A DNA stretch of 63,520 nucleotides, filler included. It is 3 parts of 3 records of this genome, joined end to end, with 100 filler letters (N's around TTAATTAATTAA, not from the genome) between each part and the next. Parts side by side here need not be neighbours in the genome. Positions count along the whole stretch, not along the records: positions 40,903 to 63,520 come from SRR20825006_3098; 2 more parts are not named here. One strand, written 5' to 3'. Below are positions 50,136 through 60,664 of this stretch, piece after piece (position 1 is the first letter of the stretch; each line of letters opens with the position of its first letter). Below the pieces are notes generated by a model. It was given only the letters and a program-made list of their open reading frames with translations. It searched no databases and had not been told where the DNA came from. Position numbers and translations under genes: made by a program.

Positions 50136-52769
50136 TTAGAAGTTGTATCTAACAGCAAGGTTCCAAGTTAGACCGTTTCCATAGAAATAACCGTAGTTAT
50201 CTTTTTGGCTAATATATTCTTTATCAAATAAGTTATAAATATTACCTCGGATACTAATGTTATCACCTCCGAAATCAAACTTATAAGTTGCTCCTAAATC
50301 AATTAGAGAATAAGCATCTAATTTTTCTGGCTGATAAGTTTCTCCAGCTAATGAACTTGACGCTACATCTTCAACATCAACAAATCCATATAGATTTGCA
50401 TAGTGATTCCAATCAGCATCAACAGTTAGTTTATCCATAATGATATCGTAAGAAGTACCTAAACCAAAGGTAGTTTGTGGTGCTTGTCCAACTTTAGTTC
50501 CTGTTAAATCAACATCAAAACTATCAACTGCTGAATTATCATCGCTATTAATTACATTAACAGGAGAAGATCCATCATATTGCCAATCTCCAATTGTAAA
50601 ATACCCTCTTAACATAAAGCCTAAAGTAGGTCTCCATTTACCATCAATCTCAATACCTTTATGTAACTGACCCACATTTGTAAATCTAAATAATGCATTT
50701 TCAACATTAGCTTCATCATAGTTACCAGCAAATGCTAAGTATCTGTTATCCCATTTTGTATAGTACCCGTTAATGCTACCTACAAAATTCCCTTTTTGTA
50801 ATCTATATCCAGCTTCAAAACTTAAAATCTCTTCGTTATCAACTTTAGGGTCTGCTAACATTGTATTATCATCATAAGAAGGAAAGATATTATCTAAAAA
50901 TGGCTGTCTTGAATAATTTCCAGAATTAAAATACAGTGTATTTCCTTCAATAAAAGTCCATGCAGCTCCTCCTTTAAGGTTATATCCAGTTCTTTTTACT
51001 GTTTCAGATTCTTTAGGGTTATCAAAATCAAAGTTTCCTCTATCCTCTCTTTTATAAGATTGGTTAGAAATAGCTCCTTGAAAATAGGCACTAAAAGAAT
51101 CTTTTGCATACTCTACTTGCCCGAAAGCTCCTTGATAATTAATATTCTCTGAGTAATCGTAATCAATTCTTTGGTCTTTATCTGCATAGTTAAATAATGC
51201 AGCCCATGGATCTGGATTATACGTTTCTGTAACTACATATCCATCAGGACGTCCACCAATAGCTTCAACACGCCCATCTAAACCTAATAAATCTGTAATT
51301 TGACGGAAGTGATCTCCTTGATAAAAACGAAAATCTGCTCCTACATTAAATTTAAAATTTCTTTGCGTATCATACTCATAATTCATTACTGTACCATACC
51401 AAGCATGGTTATTCACAGAAGCTCTTAATACTGTACCATTATACCCGTCACTCACTCCACCAGCAATACTTGGGTTATATACATTCGTTATATAATCCCA
51501 ATCTATTTGTCCATTATTATATAAATATGCTCCGTCTGTTCTATCGTCACCATTATCTACATAAGAGACTCCATTTCCATAATCTCCTGTTCCACCACCT
51601 CTACCAAAAGAAGCATACACTACTGTAGAAAAGTTAGACTTTTCATTAATTGCCCAGTCCCAGTTAAGGTTCATCACTGGTTTATGGTAGTAGTTTCTTC
51701 TTAAAGAAAGATACTCTCCATTCTTAAATCCGTAATTGTTGTTGTATTTAATGCCATAACGGTCGTACAATTCCTGATCCTTAGAAAAATTCTGGTCATG
51801 CCATTGCGGAGCACCTGTAAGTAAGAAGTTGAAGTTATGGTTTCCTGCTTGTTTCCCTACAGAAAAGAAATAATTCTGACCTTGACCCTTAGTACCGTAA
51901 GCATACTTGCTATGTGCTTGCCAGTAATCTACAAGGAAAGAGAATCCCCATCCATTATCACTTAAACCTGTATTATATGCAGCCGTGGTTTTAAAGAAAC
52001 TATCATTCCCCGCTATAAATCTAGCAAAACCACCTTCTTGCATGTCTGTAGTTTTAGTTACAATATTTACAGTACCTCCAACAGAAGAAATGGCTAATTT
52101 AGAAGAACCTAAACCTCTTTGGATCTGAACTCCGTTTGCGATGTCAGACATCCCAGACCAGTTAGACCAGTACATTTTTCCATCTTCCATTCCGTTAATT
52201 GGCTGCCCGTTCAAAAGGAAAGCAACATTTGTTTGGTCAAAACCTCTAACAAACATTTGAGAATCTCCAAATCCACCAGATTGATTAGAAACATACACTG
52301 ATGGTGTATTTTTTAAAATTTCAGGAAACTCAACGTTACCAACCGCTTTCGTTTGAATTTCTTCAACACTTACTGTTGATACTGCAATAGGAGTTTGTCT
52401 GTCTCTAGCAAGGTCAATAATACCAGACCCTACTACAACAACGCCTTCTAATTCTTCAGCGTCTGGTTGTAATGTAATTGTTCCGATATTAGCAGAACCA
52501 TTACTTAAAGTAAAAGGAACTTGTTTTGCAACAAATCCAATGTAAGAAACTGTTACAGTTCCAGAATTTTCAGAAACATTTAATGTAAAGTTACCGTCAA
52601 AATCGGTTGAAGTTCCAGAAGTAGAACCTTTTACCATAACATTTGCACCTGGCAGCGGACCACCTTGGCTTCCATCTACTACAGTTCCGCTAATTGTTCC
52701 TTGCGAAAAAGCTGTTGTAGTAATTAAAGCAATTACTGCTGTTAAAATCCAATTGTAAATTGTCTTCAT
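50136..52769 (-). CDS. TonB-dependent receptor (complete)
   Basis: CarboxypepD-like domain, plug (RGFDQ, LNGQP, GGTVNIVTK), barrel and terminal RYNF. Confidence 0.93.
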   Translation of the reverse strand: MKTIYNWILTAVIALITTTAFSQGTISGTVVDGSQGGPLPGANVMVKGSTSGTSTDFDGNFTLNVSENSGTVTVSYIGFVAKQVPFTLSNGSANIGTITLQPDAEELEGVVVVGSGIIDLARDRQTPIAVSTVSVEEIQTKAVGNVEFPEILKNTPSVYVSNQSGGFGDSQMFVRGFDQTNVAFLLNGQPINGMEDGKMYWSNWSGMSDIANGVQIQRGLGSSKLAISSVGGTVNIVTKTTDMQEGGFARFIAGNDSFFKTTAAYNTGLSDNGWGFSFLVDYWQAHSKYAYGTKGQGQNYFFSVGKQAGNHNFNFLLTGAPQWHDQNFSKDQELYDRYGIKYNNNYGFKNGEYLSLRRNYYHKPVMNLNWDWAINEKSNFSTVVYASFGRGGGTGDYGNGVSYVDNGDDRTDGAYLYNNGQIDWDYITNVYNPSIAGGVSDGYNGTVLRASVNNHAWYGTVMNYEYDTQRNFKFNVGADFRFYQGDHFRQITDLLGLDGRVEAIGGRPDGYVVTETYNPDPWAALFNYADKDQRIDYDYSENINYQGAFGQVEYAKDSFSAYFQGAISNQSYKREDRGNFDFDNPKESETVKRTGYNLKGGAAWTFIEGNTLYFNSGNYSRQPFLDNIFPSYDDNTMLADPKVDNEEILSFEAGYRLQKGNFVGSINGYYTKWDNRYLAFAGNYDEANVENALFRFTNVGQLHKGIEIDGKWRPTLGFMLRGYFTIGDWQYDGSSPVNVINSDDNSAVDSFDVDLTGTKVGQAPQTTFGLGTSYDIIMDKLTVDADWNHYANLYGFVDVEDVASSSLAGETYQPEKLDAYSLIDLGATYKFDFGGDNISIRGNIYNLFDKEYISQKDNYGYFYGNGLTWNLAVRYNF

Positions 52770-52934
52770 TTGTTGTTTGATTTAATTTAACGCTGCAAAA
52801 ATCCTATATTAAATAGATTCCTACATTAAGGCAATGTTAAATAATTTAACACTAAGACAAAAGTAAACAAAAAACGTAACATATTAATCTTGTTAAGATT
52901 ACAATGCTACGTTTTGAGATTTTAACAAAAAATG

Positions 52935-54575
52935 TTAATTGTTTTTATAAAATCGTAAAAGATTTAACGTTGAACTGTCGTGATTACTAATCTTTTCAGA
53001 TTTAATATCGGTAAGTATCGTTGATGCTAGTTGTTTCCCTAACTCAACACCCCATTGATCAAAGCTAAAAATGTTCCAGATTACTCCTTGAACAAAGATT
53101 TTATGCTCGTACATTGCAATAATTTCTCCTAAAGCTTGAGGTGTTAATTTATCAATAAGAATTGAATTTGTAGGTTTATTCCCTTCAAATACTTTAAAAG
53201 GAAGTAGCTTTTTACTTTCTTTTTCTGAAAGGTTTTTTGCTTTTAATTCCTCGTTTACTTCTACTTCAGTTTTACCATTTAACAAGGCTTCTGTTTGAGC
53301 AAAATAATTGGCCATTAATTTATCATGATGGTCTTTATCTCCATGAAGCGACTCTATAAACCCGATGAAATCGGCTGGAATTAACTTTGTTCCTTGATGT
53401 ATTAATTGAAAAAAGGCATGTTGAGAATTTGTTCCAGGCTCTCCCCAAATAATAGTTCCAGTTTGGTAATCTACAGGGCTTCCTGCACGATCCACGCTTT
53501 TTCCATTACTCTCCATTGTTCCTTGTTGAAGATAAGCAGACAACCTGTGAAGGTATTGAGAATACGGAATTAAAGCTTCGCTTTCCGCTCCATAAAAATT
53601 ATTATACCAAACACTTAAAAGCGCTAATATAACAGGAATATTTTTTTCAAAAGGAGTTTCTCTAAAATGGTCATCCATTGCTTGTGCACCTCCTAATAGC
53701 TTGTCGAAATTATCAAATCCAACTGCTAAGGCAATAGACAACCCAACAGCGCTCCATAAAGAAAAACGTCCACCCACCCAGTCTTTCATAGGAAAAACAT
53801 TGTCTGGGTCAATTCCAAATTCGTCTATTTTTTCAAGGTTTGTTGAAACTGCAACAAAATGTGTAGCTACATCTTTTTGGGTAGCCGATTCTAAAAACCA
53901 CTTTTTAATAGTGGTGGCATTACTTAATGTTTCTTGAGTAGTAAAGGTTTTAGAAACTATAACAAACAATGTTGTTTCTGGATTTAGTTTCTTTATGGTT
54001 TCATGCACATGATCCCCATCTACATTACTTACAAAATGAACATTTAAATGATTTTTATAATACTGAAGAGCTTCGGTAACCATTGCTGGCCCTAGATCTG
54101 AACCTCCAATACCTATATTTACAACATCGGTAAAAGCTTTACCTGTATGTCCTTTTTTCTCTCCTGAAATAATTTTTTCAGTAAATGTTTTTATTTTTTC
54201 TTTTACCTGATAAACTTCAGGAACTACATTTTCTCCATCAACAAAAATCTCTTCATTTGCCTTAGCTCTTAATGCTGTATGAAGCACCGCTCTTCCTTCG
54301 GTTTCATTAATAAGATCGCCTGTAAAACATTTCTCAATAGCTTCTTTTAGTTTTACTTCGTTTGCTAATTCCAAAAGTAAACTTATAGTAGTTTCATCAA
54401 TTCTATTTTTAGAATAATCTACATAAAAATCATTCCACTGAATTGTATATTTTTCTGCTCTTTTAGGATCTTGAGTAAAAAGATTTTTTACTGAGGTGTT
54501 ATGAAAGGCTTTATAATGTTCTTCTAGTTTTTCCCAAGCTTTTGTTTTAGTTGGGTTTACGGTCGCTAATGGCAT
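52935..54575 (-). CDS. pgi: Glucose-6-phosphate isomerase
   Basis: [26 protein letters not shown] and DQWGVELGK motifs. Confidence 0.98.
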   Translation of the reverse strand: MPLATVNPTKTKAWEKLEEHYKAFHNTSVKNLFTQDPKRAEKYTIQWNDFYVDYSKNRIDETTISLLLELANEVKLKEAIEKCFTGDLINETEGRAVLHTALRAKANEEIFVDGENVVPEVYQVKEKIKTFTEKIISGEKKGHTGKAFTDVVNIGIGGSDLGPAMVTEALQYYKNHLNVHFVSNVDGDHVHETIKKLNPETTLFVIVSKTFTTQETLSNATTIKKWFLESATQKDVATHFVAVSTNLEKIDEFGIDPDNVFPMKDWVGGRFSLWSAVGLSIALAVGFDNFDKLLGGAQAMDDHFRETPFEKNIPVILALLSVWYNNFYGAESEALIPYSQYLHRLSAYLQQGTMESNGKSVDRAGSPVDYQTGTIIWGEPGTNSQHAFFQLIHQGTKLIPADFIGFIESLHGDKDHHDKLMANYFAQTEALLNGKTEVEVNEELKAKNLSEKESKKLLPFKVFEGNKPTNSILIDKLTPQALGEIIAMYEHKIFVQGVIWNIFSFDQWGVELGKQLASTILTDIKSEKISNHDSSTLNLLRFYKNN

Positions 54576-55869
54576 TTTTTTGATTTAATTCAGTTATATA
54601 TTCTTCTTCATTGGTAGTCTTATCAGACGGAAATGGCATCCCATCAAGCTGTGCTTTTATTGGCTCAATATGGGCTAAATATTTCACTTTAAGAGAATCT
54701 CCAATAGGCTCTGCTTTTGGTAAATCTTGTTTAAATGGATCTACTTGTCTTCCATTTTTCCAAAAACGATAACAAACGTGTGGTCCACTGGTATTTCCAG
54801 TCATACCAACCCAACCAATAATATCTCCTTGTTTAACATAATCTCCAACTCTTACTTTTCTTTTCTTCATGTGTAAGTATTGAGTGGTATACGTTCCGTT
54901 ATGTTTTACTTTTACATAATTTCCATTTCCTCCTCTTCGGGTGGACTCAACTACAGTTCCATTTGCCGTAGAAAGAATTGGAGTTCCTACTGGCGCAGCA
55001 AAATCTGTTCCTTTATGAGGTCTAATTTTATTTCCGTAGTATGCAATTCTTCTGTTTAAATTATAACGAGACGATATTCTACTAAACTGAACTGGAGCTT
55101 TTAAAAATGCTCTCCGTAAATTTTTAGCAGTTTCATCAAAATAATCTACAATATGCTTTGTAGAATCTGTTTCAAAACGGAAAGAATAAATAGGCTCTCC
55201 TTTATGCTCAAAATACGCTGCTTGAATTTTATCAATTCCTGCATAAATTGAGTCGTCTATATATTTTTCAGTAAAAATAACTTTAAACCTATCCCCTTTT
55301 TGGATTCTAAAGAAATCTATTGTCCAAGCATAAACATCGGACATTTTATAGGCCACAATAGGACTTAAGCCTTGATCTTGAAGTGTTTGATACAAAGATC
55401 CATTAATAATTCCAGAAGCTTCCCTCTCCACAAGTTTAACTTCTTTTTTACCTTTTTTAACTTTTGCAGAATCTGCAAAATCTACCACCACATAATCAAT
55501 ACTATTTGGTTGATAGATAAAACATTTTGGCGTTTGCAGAGAATCCTCTTTGTCACAAAGTAAGGTATAAGGTTTCCCTACTTGTAAACTTGCTATATTA
55601 AACGAATCTTTAACCCCTTCAACAATATTGTATATTTCTGGATATCCAATATTGTTTCTTTGTAGAATTTCTCCAAAGCTATCACCAGCTTTTATAGTAT
55701 CTCTAACTACTAAATAGTGGTTGAGATTATAACCAAATTCCTTTAACTCAATAGGTTTAAGCTCTTCTGTTTCAACAGCGCTTACTTCCTCTACTTCTTT
55801 CTTTTCATTTTTGCACGATACTAAGGCTATCATTGCCATTAGTAAAAATGCTGCTACATTCTTTGGCAT
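54547..55869 (-). CDS. M23-family peptidoglycan endopeptidase lipoprotein
   Basis: Lipobox LVSC, HKGTD, YLHM and SGPHVCY. Confidence 0.92.
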   Translation of the reverse strand: MPKNVAAFLLMAMIALVSCKNEKKEVEEVSAVETEELKPIELKEFGYNLNHYLVVRDTIKAGDSFGEILQRNNIGYPEIYNIVEGVKDSFNIASLQVGKPYTLLCDKEDSLQTPKCFIYQPNSIDYVVVDFADSAKVKKGKKEVKLVEREASGIINGSLYQTLQDQGLSPIVAYKMSDVYAWTIDFFRIQKGDRFKVIFTEKYIDDSIYAGIDKIQAAYFEHKGEPIYSFRFETDSTKHIVDYFDETAKNLRRAFLKAPVQFSRISSRYNLNRRIAYYGNKIRPHKGTDFAAPVGTPILSTANGTVVESTRRGGNGNYVKVKHNGTYTTQYLHMKKRKVRVGDYVKQGDIIGWVGMTGNTSGPHVCYRFWKNGRQVDPFKQDLPKAEPIGDSLKVKYLAHIEPIKAQLDGMPFPSDKTTNEEEYITELNQKNAISDRKPN

Positions 55870-55875
55870 TTAGTT

Positions 55876-56838
55876 TTAATGTGTTTGAGGGTTAAACATA
55901 TGCTCCACCCACTGTTTTCCCCAGTCGGCTTTTTCAGAATCGCTCCAAAGTTCAGGAAAAAAGATGATTTTCTGAAAACTTGGAGGTAAATATTCTTTCC
56001 AATTGGTGCCTCCAGTAGCATCAATGGTATGATCTTTTTTACTTAAATGTTTGTATGCTGCACCCATGTGCATTAGGTTCCAATTTATATTTGCATTTAC
56101 ATCAAGCTCCCTCATTGCCTTGACTAACAACGAGTTATTTTTAACTTCTTCTGGCAAATGTAAGTATTTTTCATATACGGTGGTCCCTTTTACTTCATTT
56201 GCTATACGCATGAATCTAGGCGTATAACGATATTCAAACTGTTTTAGTGTGAGCGTCTTCTCATTTGTTTTGGTATCTACCGCTCCTTTTTTCCAATAAA
56301 TATTTTCATATAAATCTTCTAAAGTGCTTTTTTCTGAAAACTGTTCCTCAACACTACAATGTAATAAATTATTTAATGGCGTTGAATAAATTTCTATCAT
56401 TCTAAATTGTGCAGACTGAAAACCACTTGCAGGCAAGAGTGCCATTCGGTATTTTAAAAACTGAGAACGATCCATTCCATTAATCATTACATTAAAAGAA
56501 TTGATTAATATTTTATAGTAATTATTAATCCTTTCAATTTTGGTAATTAAAAAATCTGCTTCTTGAAGCTTATGATCTATAATTTGTTTTTGCTCATGAA
56601 TAATAAGCTTAAAATACAATTCCGTAATTTGATGATACATAATAAATATCTCTTCATCTGGGAAATGCGTTCTTGGGATTTGCAAACTCAAAAGTGTATC
56701 CAAATGAATATAATCCCAGTAAGTAAGATACTTTTCGTAAAGAAGGCCATCTAAATAAGAACTTAGATCTTGACCAGAATTTTTATACTTTTCTTCTAAT
56801 GATGCTATTTGCGCCTCAATTTCGGGTTTCACTGCCAT
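55876..56838 (-). CDS. kynA: Tryptophan 2,3-dioxygenase
   Basis: YWDYIHLDTLLSLQ, FIMYHQITEL, PASGFQSAQFR and ATGGT motifs. Confidence 0.9.
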   Translation of the reverse strand: MAVKPEIEAQIASLEEKYKNSGQDLSSYLDGLLYEKYLTYWDYIHLDTLLSLQIPRTHFPDEEIFIMYHQITELYFKLIIHEQKQIIDHKLQEADFLITKIERINNYYKILINSFNVMINGMDRSQFLKYRMALLPASGFQSAQFRMIEIYSTPLNNLLHCSVEEQFSEKSTLEDLYENIYWKKGAVDTKTNEKTLTLKQFEYRYTPRFMRIANEVKGTTVYEKYLHLPEEVKNNSLLVKAMRELDVNANINWNLMHMGAAYKHLSKKDHTIDATGGTNWKEYLPPSFQKIIFFPELWSDSEKADWGKQWVEHMFNPQTH

Positions 56839-57626
56839 TAATCCATTTGAATTTTAAACTGATGCTTTAATCCTTTAAAGGCCTCTAAATCGGCTTTAAT
56901 TGATCCTACAAGAATATCTGCTTTTACTCTTATGGGCATTTTATTTTCATCGTCAGACACCCAAAGTGTCAAACTTTCTTCTTCTTTAAATATACGACCC
57001 GACTGAACGTAAGGGCGGAATTTTAAGCATCTTACTTTACCAAACTTGGTATTAAGGGTTTGTTTTCCTAAATACTTGAGTTTAAACTTAAACAATCCAT
57101 CATCATCAAAAAGCATATCCGAAACAAACTCCTCTCCTTCTTTTACAGTTTTTCTATCAACGCGGTCTCTTAGGAAATAAAATGCAGAAATAAGATCTTG
57201 CACTCCCTTATTTATTTGAAATATTTCTTCAGTATCGTGCTTATGATCTTTTAAGACAGCCTTATTTTTATTATAATCAAAATTAATTTCTAGGTCTTTG
57301 GTATGACCTCCTTCGTTAATTTTTCTAATAAATTTATAGGGTTGCCCTGAGTTTTTATCAAAATAACTTTCGTAATTATCGTCTACTTTAAAAAATAAAT
57401 CTGCTAAACCTGTAGTTTGACCTTTCCCAATTACATGAAATACTTCTTTTCCGTTAAGGTTTTCATTTTTAAGCTGAAGGGTTGCATAACTAGCATTAAA
57501 AATTCCATAATGGATTCTAAACTTAAACCACTCTCCCGCTTGGTATGCATTCTCTTCTACAACTCTATTTTGGTTTACAAATGCTGAGGACCAAAATACT
57601 AGTATAGCTAAAATAATCTTCTTCAT
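56838..57626 (-). CDS. DUF3108-family exported protein
   Basis: Signal peptide, GEWFKFRIHYG and WVSDDENKMP. Confidence 0.8.
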   Translation of the reverse strand: MKKIILAILVFWSSAFVNQNRVVEENAYQAGEWFKFRIHYGIFNASYATLQLKNENLNGKEVFHVIGKGQTTGLADLFFKVDDNYESYFDKNSGQPYKFIRKINEGGHTKDLEINFDYNKNKAVLKDHKHDTEEIFQINKGVQDLISAFYFLRDRVDRKTVKEGEEFVSDMLFDDDGLFKFKLKYLGKQTLNTKFGKVRCLKFRPYVQSGRIFKEEESLTLWVSDDENKMPIRVKADILVGSIKADLEAFKGLKHQFKIQMD

Positions 57627-57901
57627 AATCAGCGTATTAATAAACTCGCATTAAACCTTGATAACTATTGATAATTAATTGTAATTCAATAAATTTAAAA
57701 GAGTTCTGTGTAAAAATAATAAAATCAATTACATTATAATTCTTATATAGCTATAATTAACAATTATTATTCCAAAAGTAGAAAAAGGTATAAATAAACT
57801 TCTCTAACCATAGCACTGCTATGCTTCTTTAAAAATACTTGATTAAAGAATAAAAGCACTTTTTTTTACTCAACCAAAAAAAGTCAAAATAAATTGAACG
57901 C

Positions 57902-57930
57902 AAAAAACTCGACCGAAGCCGAGTTTTTTT
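57902..57930. terminator. Intrinsic terminator (A/T runs on both sides)
   Basis: aaaaaactcg-accgaagc-cgagttttttt. On the minus strand the stem is ctcggc-ttcg-gtcgag followed by T6. Confidence 0.85.
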
Positions 57931-58002
57931 CATTAACCAACCAAAACTTTAAATTATGAAAACTTTACTTAAAGTTTGCAAAGGGCACCACCCCTTTTGC
58001 GA
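57902..58002 (-). ncRNA. Putative ~100-nt small RNA
   Basis: Upstream promoter, 5' GC hairpin, U-rich core and an intrinsic terminator, with no ORF. Confidence 0.7.
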
Positions 58003-58005
58003 GCG

Positions 58006-58035
58006 CAAAGTTAATACAAAACACATGTTATGCAA
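58006..58035 (-). promoter_or_regulatory. Bacteroidota housekeeping promoter for the sRNA
   Basis: TTG-N19-TAACTTTG, matching the Flavobacterium -33/-7 consensus TTG-N19-TAnnTTTG. Confidence 0.75.
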
Positions 58036-58121
58036 GCATAATAAATAAGTTTAACTTTTTTAACATTAAGTAATCAATTTGTTGAGTTTTAAATTATTAA
58101 TTTAACAGAAAAAGATGTGTT

Positions 58122-59261
58122 TTATAGCGTTCCTCGCATTTCTTGTTCCCGCTCTATAGCCTCAAACAAGGCTTTAAAGTTGCCTTTCCCAAATGATTTC
58201 GCCCCTTTTCTCTGGATTATTTCAAAAAACATTGTCGGTCTATCCAAAATTGGTTTTGTAAACAATTGTAATAAATACCCCTCATCATCTCTATCTATTA
58301 AAATCCCTAACTCTTTAAGCGGCTCTAAGTCTTCATCTATTTTTCCAACTCGCTCCAAAACTGTATCATAATAGGTTTCCGGAACTTTTAAAAACTCTAC
58401 TCCCCGCAATTTTAATTGCTTTACCGTTTCAATAATATTATCTGTGGCTAAAGCAATGTGCTGAACTCCTGCTCCGTTATAAAACTCTATATACTCTTCT
58501 ATCTGAGATTTTTTCTTTCCTTCAGCTGGTTCATTTATTGGAAATTTAATTCGTCCATTTCCATTGCTCATCACTTTACTCATTAATGCCGTATAATCTG
58601 TAGAGATATCTTTATCATCAAAGGAAACCAACTGGGCAAAACCCATAACCTTAGCGTAGAACTCACACCATTTTCTCATTTCACTCCAACCAACATTACC
58701 CACCATATGGTCTATGTATTTTAACCCAACTGTCTCAGGTTTGTAGCTTGGATTCCACACTTTGTACCCTGGCATAAAAGATCCAGAATAATTGGTGCGC
58801 TCTACAAAAACATGAACAGTTTCTCCATAGGTATGAATTCCAGAAAGTACAACTTCCCCGTTTTCATCTTCTATAGTTTTTGGCTCCATATAACTTTTTG
58901 CTCCACGCTTTATAGTCTCTTCATAACTCTTAGTAGCATTGTCTACCCAGAGTGCTACTACTTTTACACCGTCGCCATGTTTTTCTATATGCCTGTTTAC
59001 CTCTCCGCCTTCCTGCAAAGGAGAAGTTAATACAATGCGTATTTTATCTTGTTGAAGCACATAGGAAACACTATCTTTTCTTCCAGTTTCTAATCCAGCG
59101 TACGCTATGGGTTGAAAACCCCAAGCCGATTGATAGTAATGCGCTGCCTGCTTAGCATTTCCCACATATAATTCTACATAATCTGTTCCTAAAAGCGGTA
59201 AGAAGTCTTCTGCATTTTCAACTTCTTTATTCAATTTTAATGATGTTGTATCTTGTGACAT
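58122..59261 (-). CDS. hppD: 4-hydroxyphenylpyruvate dioxygenase
   Basis: IDHMVGN, GVQHIAL and FFEIIQRKGAKSFGKGNFKALFEAIE motifs. Confidence 0.97.
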   Translation of the reverse strand: MSQDTTSLKLNKEVENAEDFLPLLGTDYVELYVGNAKQAAHYYQSAWGFQPIAYAGLETGRKDSVSYVLQQDKIRIVLTSPLQEGGEVNRHIEKHGDGVKVVALWVDNATKSYEETIKRGAKSYMEPKTIEDENGEVVLSGIHTYGETVHVFVERTNYSGSFMPGYKVWNPSYKPETVGLKYIDHMVGNVGWSEMRKWCEFYAKVMGFAQLVSFDDKDISTDYTALMSKVMSNGNGRIKFPINEPAEGKKKSQIEEYIEFYNGAGVQHIALATDNIIETVKQLKLRGVEFLKVPETYYDTVLERVGKIDEDLEPLKELGILIDRDDEGYLLQLFTKPILDRPTMFFEIIQRKGAKSFGKGNFKALFEAIEREQEMRGTL

Positions 59262-59440
59262 AATTTTTTCAATTTGATGATTTTTAATCCCTCAAAGTTC
59301 ACTCTGAGGTAATTGATTTCTGAAAGCCTTCCTATAAAGAATATATATTTAGTGATGATAAAGTTATCATCCTAGCTCTTCACCACATTGCTCTCAAGTG
59401 AGCTGATATATCTACTCTAAAATTCATCATACTACAAAAA

Positions 59441-60601
59441 TCAATGTTCTAACCACGATTTATAATAAGAATCATCAGCTATTTCTAATGCTTCTTTTGT
59501 AAGCTGAAGTGGTCTAAAAGTATCTACCATAACAGCCAATTCGTCGGTTTTTGTTTTCCCAATACTACGCTCTACAGCCCCAGGATGTGGTCCGTGAGGG
59601 ATTCCTGCTGGGTGCAACGAAATATACCCTTGATCGATATCGTTTCTACTCATAAAATCGCCATCTACATAATATAAAACCTCATCAGAATCTATATTAC
59701 TATGATTGTATGGCGCTGGAATACTTTCTGGATGATAATCATACAAACGAGGCACAAAACTACAAACCACAAAAGCATCTGTTTCAAAAGTTTGATGGAC
59801 TGGTGGCGGCTGATGGATACGCCCAGTAATTGGCTCAAAATCATGAATACTTAATGCATACGGATAGTTAAACCCATCATAACCAACCACATCAAATGGA
59901 TGTGAAGCATATATCATATCAAAAATTTCGTCTTGTTTTTTTATTTTTATCAAGAAATCTCCTTTTTCATCATTTGTTTCCAATTCGTAGGGTCTCCGAA
60001 TATCTCTTTCACAGAAAGGAGCATGTTCCAATAATTGCCCAAACCAATTTCGGTATCTTTTTGGTGTATATATAGGTCTTCTAGATTCTACAATAAAAAG
60101 TCTGTTTTCTTCTGTATCAAAATCTATTTTATAAATTATTCCTCTAGGAATAACTAAATAATCCCCATAAGAAAAGTCTAAATTCCCTAGATGGGTTCTT
60201 AATTTACCACTTCCTTTATGAATAAAGATTAACTCATCTGCATCTGCATTTTTATAAAAATAATTCTCTATAGATTTTTTAGGTGATGCCAGTTGAATTG
60301 TACAATCTGAATTTGTTAAAATTGACTTTCTACTTTTTAAAAAATCATCTTCAGACTTAATTTTAAATCCGTGTAATTTATATGATTGAATATTATTAGA
60401 AATTGCAACCTTTGGAGCTACATCTATTTTTTTATTTATCTCTTTTACCTGTGTTGGTCTATGGCAATGGTATGAGTTGGTAGACATCCCATCAAATCCA
60501 ATGGTTCCGAATAATTGTTCATAATATAAGCTCCCATCACTCTTTTTAAATATAGTGTGTCTTTTATGAGGTATCTTTCCTAGTTTATGATAAAAAGGCA
60601 T
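59441..60601 (-). CDS. hmgA: Homogentisate 1,2-dioxygenase
   Basis: HSPF-like HPFDVVG, HQPPPVHQTF, PYNHSNIDSDE and HGPHP motifs. Confidence 0.92.
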   Translation of the reverse strand: MPFYHKLGKIPHKRHTIFKKSDGSLYYEQLFGTIGFDGMSTNSYHCHRPTQVKEINKKIDVAPKVAISNNIQSYKLHGFKIKSEDDFLKSRKSILTNSDCTIQLASPKKSIENYFYKNADADELIFIHKGSGKLRTHLGNLDFSYGDYLVIPRGIIYKIDFDTEENRLFIVESRRPIYTPKRYRNWFGQLLEHAPFCERDIRRPYELETNDEKGDFLIKIKKQDEIFDMIYASHPFDVVGYDGFNYPYALSIHDFEPITGRIHQPPPVHQTFETDAFVVCSFVPRLYDYHPESIPAPYNHSNIDSDEVLYYVDGDFMSRNDIDQGYISLHPAGIPHGPHPGAVERSIGKTKTDELAVMVDTFRPLQLTKEALEIADDSYYKSWLEH

Positions 60602-60664
60602 AGCGAAAACGTTTGAATTCTACAAATATCGGAATAATATACGGAGATTTACATTAAGAAATTC

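Noticed and set aside
57956-58013. Short + strand ORF beginning ATGAAAACTTTACTT inside the sRNA locus
   Set aside because: Under 20 codons, while the promoter and terminator both point to minus-strand transcription. It is better explained as the antisense image of a start-codon-targeting seed, though not formally excluded.
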